The position numbers were made by a program, and so were the translations under genes. The notes beneath the pieces were generated by a model. The model had not been told where the DNA came from. It saw only the letters and a list, made by a program, of their open reading frames with translations, and did not search any database. Source: Macrostomum lignano (Eukaryota). From it: a stretch of 26,643 nucleotides of DNA. The DNA lies in the NCBI GenBank assembly GCA_002269645.1, contig NIVC01005088.1, forward strand, positions 1 to 26,643, given 5' to 3'. How positions within the stretch are numbered: the stretch's first letter is position 1; each line of letters begins with the position of its first letter. This document shows, in pieces, positions 1 to 9,230 of this stretch.

Positions 1-1968
1 GCGGATGTTCCACTGTTGGGGAGCAGCGATGGGAATCGCGATCCCGTTAAAATAGTAGTGGATCCGAGACCATCAGGCTGTAACAACACGGGGGTGTCTG
101 TGTGCGCGATCTTTTACCAACTCGGCACAGGCTACGGAGAGCGAATTTAGAGGGCCAGCCAGGAAGGAAAGCAGAAAAAATGGTTTCCAGAAATCGGATG
201 GGCAAGCAAGTCACCTCATCCTCCGCTGGGAGCCAACAAAAAGAAGAAAGCTGTAGAGGAACTACGAAGTTGATGAAAGTTCGGGTTCTCTCTCCGGATG
301 CTTTTCAGCTTTGCCCCTTCGCTTTCTTTCAGGGTTTACTTGCTTTTGCTGAGAGCGACTAAGTCATTAATCACTGGGTTAGGGAGCGGGCCTGAGACTC
401 GGAGCCGTGCCACGCCGGACCCGCAACCACAAGACAAATGGGGGTGGAACAGGATGGCACCGAGGCCTGGCGGGCAAGGGCCGCCTCTCTCCCACTCCTT
501 CGCATAATTAGCTTCTCTCCCAAGGACCAGATCCCCCTATTCGTTTCTTTGCATTCCGCTCCTATTTTTGCATCCGCATAGAAACTTTGCTTGTGGCTGT
601 TTGGCCCGCCATCCCAGCCTCCGCCGTCTGCCCCTCTCCAGCTGCAGATGCAGTCAGAATTCGTACCGCACGGCACCCGGCCTGTCAAAGTGCCCCCGAC
701 TGACCGACTGCGCCTCTCCCGGAATTGGGGAGAGGGTAGGAAGAGACGAAGAATGAGGCCAACGAAGGGAGATTCCAACCGTTCGCTGCTCGGGTGGTTG
801 CAAGTACCAACTTTGCCTTAGAAATGAGAGAAGGATAAGGTTTTGCCTCGGTAGCTACTCCCTCTTCCCGGATTCCTTCCACATAGCCCTCGTCATTTGT
901 CATTGGGCGCCTTGGGGCTTTGCAGAATCCGGGAGGCGGGCGCATTCAGCAACCAACTGTTACCCCTATTTGAGTGTCTGCTGCCGCGAATGCATCAACA
1001 GCCGATGCTTGACGAGAAGGGAAGGGGAAAACAGATTTACCTCTCATCTGCCTTGTTTGCCGTCTTTTGCTTGCTCCTATTACGCTAGGACTTCCAGGTG
1101 ACTCACTTACAGCTTCTTACTGGCCAGGGGGCATTAGCCACATCCTGATTACACCAAAGGAGCCCGAAATTCTTTCCCGCTTACTCTCGTCTTACACGCT
1201 TCGTGCGACCATCTGAGTGTCTCGCCAATGGTGACTCACGCGAGCATAGTCGGCGGGGCAGCATTTCTGCCTTGCTGCGTCGGAGTGCGGCGCAGCGCAG
1301 CTGATCCGAGGGATTTTTTTCTGCGAACCGACCGACCGACAGCCAGCAAGTCAGGCCAAACCAAGCGTCTCCCTCCTCCTCTCCCTATCTGCCGTGACTC
1401 ACGTTTGGCAAGATAAGACAGCATCGCTTGTATTCGAAATAGCTAGCTATAGGCATGGCACGTGTGGCTTGGCTGCACACAGCAATCTTTAATCCCAATG
1501 TGCACGACGCAATGCGCTGTCTGGGGTCTGCGAATGGCGGATAGGGTCAGGGAATAGGCACGGCCCGGACCACAACAAACAGTTGGTGGTCCCGCGGCCT
1601 GAAATTCGATACAGACGGAGGGGCAATCGTGCGCCAAGAGCTAACTTTCAAAGACTTCTGCTCGATTTTTGGCAAAATCCTTCCTTATAGTAGATAAACA
1701 ATTAGTCCGTGAGTATCAATTCTAGCTATCTGCATCGGCGGAGAAGCATGCCTGTTTATCGTACTACATATCAGAAAATGTACGACAGCAAATGTACCTT
1801 TTGTGTACTGTTGCATTAAAGCGATACAACAGGCAGTTTATATATCGCCGTACAACTTGTTATAGTCAAGCAGTATAAGACCTAAGGCCTATACTTAGAA
1901 TTGCTTGTCCAAAAACGAAAACTAGACTGGGTCGCATTTGCCCGCAGTTCCACAGCATAAAACAACAT

Positions 1969-1974
1969 TTTATT
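1969..1974 (-). terminator. Candidate polyadenylation signal for mbl
   Basis: AATAAA on the minus strand about 960 nt past the candidate stop. It depends on the uncertain terminal-exon model. Confidence 0.25.
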
Positions 1975-2928
1975 GGCCCAAAATACCCCCCCCCCGCCAT
2001 ACACAAACAATCATCATGGCCTTTCTCTTGTGCTCACACCGACACTCGTTCACTGCAATTATTCACACTAGCGGCTTCTAAATTTGCGCAATAGAAACAT
2101 TTTTATGCACCAACCGCCCTGTTGGTCAAGTGCGCAAGGATTATGCTAATTTGCAGCGCAATTCTAGCCCGAAACGCGGGAGAGCGAATACAAAGAAAGG
2201 ATATATTGAAGACAAAGCAGGCTCTAATTAGACTTATTTGACTCAACCTTCCAGCCTTCGTACATGTAGGGCGTCGTGGACCAATGCGTCCATTGACGGC
2301 TAAATGACACGTACTCCGAAAGTATTCTCCTCTGATAATATGTTGAGCAGCAGCAGCAAGCATGATGAGCCAATTCTGGCGGTTCCGCATTCGCGGTATC
2401 GAGTGTCATCGCGCGGAAAGATGGGCCCCCAACCAGCCAGCCCATTTTCGGTCGGTGCTGGCACATTGCGGTTAAATATATGCGGTCCCGGCGGATAGGA
2501 TGATGGATGCTGCAGGCCGCATCAGTGCTATCGCGCAGTCGGCCTTTTCTATTCCCTATCTATTTCCCCGATGCCAATGGCTTAAAAAGCTCGAGCCTTG
2601 TCGCATTGCCCGGCTTTAGTTGCATTTTGCCATCTTTTCTGCCTCTCTATCTCTCTCTGCGCTACTCTGAAATCTAGAATACTACATGCGACAGCGGCTC
2701 GGGAGCCAAGCCAGCCAGGCCATAGAGATACACTGCCGGTGCGCGTTCCTCCTCATCTGCTGCCTCCCAGCGTTCGATTCTTGCGCCCTCGATTCTCCGT
2801 CCGCGCGCATATTTCTCTCTCCAAATTTAATATGCGTGGCATTACAATTTTCATTGCGATTGCGAGCCAAAATTTGCATACCGCCCCCGCCACCGCCAAA
2901 CCCTGCTGCACGGCGCCCTGCGCAATAG

Positions 2929-2978
2929 TCAGAAACGCGTGCAATGCCGCAATGCCAGTGCGCCCGTTGCGAGGCTGG
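2929..2978 (-). CDS. mbl: Candidate terminal coding exon of muscleblind
   Basis: Long pyrimidine tract then TTTTCAAG|CC. Entering in phase 1 after the microexon gives (T)SLATGALALRHCTRF*. Entering in phase 2 reads to the stop at 2753. Confidence 0.3.
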
Positions 2979-4426
2979 CTTGAAAAGAAGAAGCATTGAA
3001 AGAAAACGAGAAGAGGGGGGCATCGATAAAGTAAAAGACGAGAGAAACTCCCCGACTATTAGGATGGCATTTGAACGAAACTAAAAACCCAATTTTTTTA
3101 AAAACTGGAATGCTGGGCTTGTAATAATCACGCATAAAAGCATCAGATAGAATCAAAGATTGCTACTGCTGTACTGGAAGATCAAATTTTCAACGAATTT
3201 AGCCAATTCTCGTCTTCTCTTTAAATTGCGTATTTTTTATCTTGAACTATTTCCGAGCGATTTTTTATTTTGTTTGAAAAACTTGTTATTTTTATTAGGC
3301 AGATTATTAGCAGTTAATATTTCTTTATCTGAGGTATTATAGTAGAGCTTCCATGGTTTGAGCGGAGTGCATTGGCGTGTGAGAATCTGTCTCTCACTCT
3401 AAAATTATATTCCTCCATTGCATTTACTTGGGTAATTTAGGCAGACACCAGCGTGGCATTGGATGGCGTGCAGAAGCTGGGACTTTGGCAAACGGTTGAC
3501 AGACACCCGTTGTTTCTTATAGCGTGACCAGCACGGATTCGCAAACACACTGACAGGCCACTCGTTCACACAGTGTCAGTCAACGCTATAGCAGGCTGAA
3601 TGCTCCTTTCCTCGCTGCTGCGCCCTCTGTTGCCTCTAACTCTACCAGCCTTCTTCTATCGCAATTGGAATTCTTACCAATGGGATTATGAATTATTCCG
3701 CTACGCCAGACCCCGCGCGCAAACGGCAGAGAGGAGAAAATCCCCACCGATGGATGGACTGTGCCAGTTGCAAAAAATATGCCACAGAAAAAATCGTGCA
3801 AGCCATGCAGTAGCTGGATAGCCACAGCGATAACCAACCACGGCGCCGGTCCCCGGCAGACGACAAAGTTTCAACAACAAAAAACAATAGCAAAAACAGA
3901 ATCAGCTGTGGCTGTAGCAACAGTACACGATACGCATGTACGAATGAAATAAAAAAAGGACAGGCGCTTAAAGACCAGGCGAATATCGCATTCCACAGAT
4001 AAAGTGGGATAAACACGGCGGCAGGCATAGCGATTCGTTTCCCAACCGCTTCCCTCTGCTGACAGCGCGAGGCCTCTCCCCTCTCCTAGTGTCCGTGTAG
4101 TGACCTATTGCGCCTGGTCATGTGCAAAAACAAACTGTAAGGTCACTGCCAGACATGTAGACCCGAAGTTGTAAATTTGATAGCAACCCGCCTTCAACCA
4201 GGCATTTTCAGACGCCCATTCCACCTTTAACGTGTCGCCTCCCAATAGAATCTTATCCATAAGGCAGGAGTGCCGTTGTCGTAGTCTGAACAAACTGACA
4301 ATTCCTTTGCCAACCAGATCCCACCTACGTCCACTTCCCCCAAAATCCTACTGGAGTTGGGAAGAAACACGGGCATTATGCGAAGCAGCCTGATCATATC
4401 GCCATTTCTTACCCATAGCTACTCAC

Positions 4427-4446
4427 TAAACGGCGCCAACACGGTG
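4427..4446 (-). CDS. mbl: Candidate 20-nt muscleblind microexon
   Basis: Strong acceptor (TTTTCTCTTTTATTCTGTCCAG|) and donor A|GTGAGT, with a second donor GG|GTAAGA 14 nt further on. Entering in phase 2 from exon 4 gives (S)TVLAPF. Confidence 0.35.
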
Positions 4447-5636
4447 CTGGACAGAATAAAAGAGAAAATTGCGAGTGAGAGAAGAGTCAAATAATCTGAC
4501 TGGCTTAGGGGCGCCTTGTGAAGGGGTCACCGCGCGTCAGGCGACCTGCAATGCAGCAATTTCCCCTTTTACCTCTCTCTCCCGCGCTTTCGGGCTCACC
4601 CGCACTTCACAACCGGAGAAGTTGGGGGGGGGGGTAATGGTATCCTCGGATATCGCGGGTCTACTGAAGAGTTACACAGACACTCGGCAGTTTACTCCAG
4701 TTAGATCCCCCTTGCATAGCTACTCAGCTCGCACACCTGGCGCCTTCAGCACACCCGAGAGCAGAATTAGAGGCTTAACAGACAGAAGAACCGGAGGAAG
4801 GAAGAAGGGCCAGAGCAAAAACTCGATCTATGTCTATAGTAGCGGCTAGCTAGTCTCGCATATAATGCATTGTTTCGTCTCTTTATTATATTGTGCGTTC
4901 CTGACATTTGGCAAGCTTGATTCATACAGCTTGACTAGGACCACACGGCAAGCGGATTAGCTCACTAGATAGCTAAACTATAATACCGAACTCCAAGTTA
5001 TTCAACTTTGTAGCAGTGTATAGCTAGGATACACAATTTGTCCTCAATGGGTTAATAGCGACTCTAGGAATTGCTCTGTATCTCTCTGACTAACTAGTTA
5101 CAGCTATGACTCTTATATACCCAGCAATATGACTGCATTTTGTAGAGGCGAGATAACAGCTCTCAGTCTGTGCGCTTGTGCGGCATAGCAATTTTACCGC
5201 ACCCACACACGCACAAACATATTACAGTTGAGTCTGGCTTCAGCTTATCTATTCGATTGCGAGTGGGTTTTTTTTAGAGAGGCTTTCGGTTTGTTTTACT
5301 GCCGAGGTTCCCAGATTGCTGCTGCTGCGGATAATGGCCGGGAGGTAAGGGGGCGCTGCAGAGGGGAGTCGAACTGCAGACTTGCGCGGTATCTATCAAC
5401 CAGTTCACTGTTTGTATTTCGACGAATGACCGACCCTCAGTGTGAAGTCATTTTTATTGCCTTCTTACGAATTCGCTATCTTGTGTGTACCGAATGTGAG
5501 CAGCACCCGAAAATCCCCCCCCCGCCACTCCCAGATTTCCTTTGCTCTTATCGATGAGCAGAAATAATCATAAATAATACAAAAATATATTGATGGAAAA
5601 AGTAATAAAAAGGAAGGAATGGGAAATGGATAGAGG

Positions 5637-5890
5637 GGAGTCATGGAGGGGGTTATAGATTCATGTAGGGAATCATTGAGTCATGAAGAAGATTATAGTC
5701 ATGGAGGGGGTTATAAAATCATGGGGATTATAGATTCATGGAGGGGGTTATAGATTGAGGAGGAGGGAATAAGGAATTAAGGAGGGAATCATTGAATCAT
5801 GAAAAAGATTATACAAAGTAGAGTCATGGGGGGGTATAGAGTCATGAAGGGGGTTATAATCATAGAGGGAATCATAGTCATAGTCATAGA
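5637..5890. repeat. Degenerate minisatellite, unit about 20 bp (AGTCATGGAGGGGGTTATAG)
   Basis: Recurrent TCATGGAGGGGGTTATA variants with irregular spacing. Confidence 0.7.
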
Positions 5891-6205
5891 AAGTCTCTTT
5901 GAGGCAGAGAGGTTCAGTGAGACTCAGAAGACAGAACAGAGCCTTTGAAAGACATAAAACGCATTTGACCTTGAAAGCACACAGTTATCAAGAGCTAAAC
6001 TATGATTCTTTAGTGGCATTGACTAGTAAGGTACAATTAAAGGGCAAATCAGCCACAACCTCCCCCCCAAAATGGTACTTTGCCAATTGTGAAAAAACGT
6101 TCGCCATTAATTAAAAGCCGCTATTGGCCAATTGCTACAAATAAACGCTTAGAAAGCGGCGCTTTGCATAAACTGCACATACACTGAAGCGGACGAAAAG
6201 AGGCG

Positions 6206-6322
6206 GAGATGAAGGGAAGAGAGATGAAGGGGAAGAGAGATGAAGGGGAAGAGAGATGAAGGGGAGAGAGATGAAGGGGAAGAGAGATGAAGGGGAGAGA
6301 GATGAAGGGGAAGAGAGAGATA
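6206..6322. repeat. Purine-rich 15-16 bp tandem repeat (GAGATGAAGGGGAAGA), about 7 copies
   Basis: Directly visible. Confidence 0.9.
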
Positions 6323-6494
6323 AGGGTTAAAATTGCATACTGCCGTAAAATTTGATTTATTCATGAGAGCTAGCTCATGGCCAACCTCAACTGCATAGCG
6401 CAAGAGAAAGCTGCGACTGCTCCAAAATGTACCCCCCCCCCACCTAACTTGTGACCCGCTTTCGGCTGAGTACCCGGTATAAGAGCCCACTCAC

Positions 6495-6661
6495 GACTCT
6501 GTTCCCTTTAGCTTCTCTCCCTGCCTCTGCTGCTCCATCTGTTTGCGGCGCGCTCGCTTTTGCGGCGCGTCAGTCGCGCGCTTTCTAAACGTAAAAAGAG
6601 CATCGGCATTGGATTTTGAGCTAGCCGGTGTGAGCACTGCTAAGGCATTCAGAGTAGCTAA
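6495..6661 (-). CDS. mbl: Candidate muscleblind exon 4 with a bipartite-NLS-like basic motif
   Basis: Phase-0 acceptor CCAG|TTA (weak pyrimidine tract) and strong donor TC|GTGAGT (phase 2). Encodes LATLNALAVLTPASSKSNADALFTFRKRATDAPQKRARRKQMEQQRQGEKLKGTE. The acceptor position is uncertain. Confidence 0.45.
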
Positions 6662-6753
6662 CTGGCCTAACCCTATATTCAAGGATGCTCATTCTCTGCC
6701 AAAGCCTTACTGATGTGAGAGCACGAGTCTAGAGTCTCAAGTCGTATATTCCG

Positions 6754-7503
6754 GTCTCTGACACTGAAATCTCACCCTGTGCTGGGTGTCTCTGACACTA
6801 AAATCTCACCTTGTGCTGGGTGTCTCTGACACTGAAATCTCACCCTGTGCTGGGTGTCTCTGACACTGAAATCTCACCCTGTGCTGGGTGTCTCTGACAT
6901 TGAAATCTCACCCTGTGCTGGGTGTCTCTGACACTGAAATCTCACCCTGTGCTGGGTGTCTCTGACACTGAAATCTCACCCTGTGCTGGGTGTCTCTGAC
7001 ACTAAAATCTCACCTTGTGCTGGGTGTCTCTGACACTGAAATCTCACCCTGTGCTGGGTGTCTCTGACATTGAAATCTCACCCTGTGCTGGGTGTCTCTG
7101 ACACTGAAATCTCACCTTGTGCTGGGTGTCTCTGACACTGAAATCTCACCCTGTGCTGGGTGTCTCTGACACTGAAATCTCACCCTGTGCTGGATGTCTC
7201 TGACACTGAAATCTCACCCTGTGCTGGGTGTCTCTGACACTGAAATCTCACCCTGTGCTGGGTGTCTCTGACACTGAAATCTCACCCTGTGCTGGGTGTC
7301 TCTGACACTGAAATCTCACCCTGTGCTGGGTGTCTCTGACACTGAAATCTCACCTTGTGCTGGGTGTCTCTGACACTAAAATCTCACCTTGTGCTGGGTG
7401 TCTCTGACACTGAAATCTCACCCTGTGCTGGGTGTCTCTGACACTGAAATCTCACCCTGTGCTGGGTGTCTCTGACACTGAAATCTCACCCGTGCTGGGC
7501 GTC
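6754..7503. repeat. 34-bp minisatellite (GTCTCTGACACTGAAATCTCACCCTGTGCTGGGT), about 22 copies
   Basis: Period 34 checked by coordinates; near-identical copies and no spacers. Confidence 0.98.
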
Positions 7504-8498
7504 TCATCTCATTTAGGCGCCCCAAACGAGCTCGAACTTGCTTTGGGATTGGGAATATTATTGATTTGGAAATCGCACACCAGATCCCGGCACCCATTAT
7601 TCCAATCCGACAATCAGCAAATCTTTCATTCCCGTAAATGCTATCTAGACGCGAACCTCGGGAGGACTCATTCCGGGATTGCAATTCCAATAGGAAAATT
7701 TACATGCAAATTCTGGTCAAACCCCCATTACTGGTATCAGCATTTTTTCTAGGTTCAGCCGGAAAAATCATTGGGGTAAAAATTGGCCCTAAGCCTGATG
7801 GATGGCGGGCCCGCATAGCGGTCTATACAAATTTGTTAATAATAGGGAGTAAGTATAGTATTAATAATATATATAATACATGTAAGTAGTTCTGACGCAC
7901 ATATTTAGTTATAAGTTGATAGCTCGTAAATCTATCCTACGAAAGGCAAAAGTTATAGCAACTTACGCTCATATGCAGCAAAGCGGCACGTACAAAGCGA
8001 ATATAAAAAGTATAGATATTTAATTAGTCATCCTACATGTAACTAAATTAAGCGAATTGCAAGCGGCGGTTATTAAATATATAAATAATACAGTCATGAT
8101 TATCCAGCCAATTAAATTTGCAGGCTAAAAACGCAGATCTAGGTAATTTGGCAACAACATTTATCGTTAGAAATGGATTCTATTATAGCTGCTCAATTCA
8201 ATAATCTGAGGGGATTTATTAGCTCCAGTCAACCCAAACCGCAATACCCATACGGCCATACTAAGCTATCGCTTAAAAAACTGATAAAAAGTAAGCAATT
8301 AAAAATCACAAATTAAAACCATTAGCCAGCAGAGCTAGTCAAGCGGGGCTGGTTTAGCAAACAAACTAGACTCCCTTTAAAAGCTTGAAACTTGCGTTGT
8401 GCGGCGGTGAAGCAATCGTTGCTGTTTTAGATAAGTCTCAAAACTAATTAGTGATCCCCATAGCTGCTCTAGGTGAACACCAGGATTTGAAAACTCAC

Positions 8499-8825
8499 AT
8501 CTCGATTGTCAAGCTTCATGCCTTGGCCGGCGCTGCCTCCTCCGCTGTTGCCGCCACCGCCGCCAGCTCCGTTGATTCCGTTCATGCTCTGCTGCTGCTG
8601 CTGCTGTTGCTGATGTTGTTGCTGATGTTGTTGCTGCTGCTGATGCTGTTGCAGGGACGCCGTCTGAGACTGCGGCGGCGGCGGCGGCGGGGGTGGCGGC
8701 GGCCCTCCGCTAAGAAGAGCGTCGGCTGCGGCGGCGGACATGACTGGCAGGCCGCCGGTGCCCAGGTAGCCGGTGTAGGTCGGCGCCGAGGTGACCGCGG
8801 CCGCCATGCCGCTGTTGATTAGCGG
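8499..8825 (-). CDS. mbl: Muscleblind coding exon 3: low-complexity linker (Ala, polyPro, polyGln/His, Gly)
   Basis: Acceptor TTGCAG|CCG and donor GAT|GTGAGT; 327 nt, phase 0-0, in frame with exon 2. Encodes PLINSGMAAAVTSAPTYTGYLG...PPPPPPPPPPQ...QQQQQQQQ...MKLDNRD. The YLG motif resembles the MBNL linker. Confidence 0.85.
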
Positions 8826-8865
8826 CTGCAAATTGTGGGATGGGGGAAGGCATAGTTGCATTTCA

Positions 8866-9230
8866 AATCCCAGTTCCTACTGGTCAAATCCCAGTTCCTA
8901 CTGGTAAAATCCCAGTTCCTACTGGTCAAATCCCAGTTCCTACTGGTAAAATCCCAGATCCTACTGGTCAAATCCCAGTTCCTACTAGTCAAATCCCAGT
9001 TCCGTCTCGTCAAATCCCAGTTCCTACTGATCACATCCCAGTTCCTACTGGTCAAATCCCAGTTCCTACTGGTAAAATCCCAGTTCCTACTGGTAAAATC
9101 CCAGATCCTACTGGTCAAATCCCAGTTCCTACTAGTCAAATCCCAGTTCCGTCTCGTCAAATCCCAGTTCCTACTGATCACATCCCAGTTCCTACTGGTC
9201 AAATCCCAGTTCCTATTGATCAAATCGCAA
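8866..9230. repeat. 21-bp minisatellite (AAATCCCAGTTCCTACTGGTC), about 17 copies, with a 147-bp higher-order duplication
   Basis: Period 21. The variant unit CCGTCTCGTC recurs at 9002 and 9149, seven units apart. Confidence 0.97.

Noticed and set aside
1-1090. Short ORFs in moderately GC-rich sequence as a TE or gene fragment
   Set aside because: No recognisable domain, terminal repeat or consistent splice structure.
4690-4745. CCAG|GTG TGC GAG... (VCELSSYARGI*) as a decayed ZnF3 exon
   Set aside because: Weak acceptor, no further Cys/His pattern and an early stop; similarity is at chance level.
6754-7503. 34-bp repeats (and the 32-bp and 46-bp arrays) as CRISPR arrays
   Set aside because: Units are head-to-tail with no unique spacers, there are no cas genes, and the context is spliceosomal eukaryotic genes.
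7543-7612. Imperfect hairpin as a pre-miRNA
   Set aside because: Only about 11-12 paired bases with a ~40-nt loop; too weak.
8451-8822. Plus-strand poly-Leu/poly-Arg ORF
   Set aside because: It is the antisense of the polyQ/polyP mbl exon.
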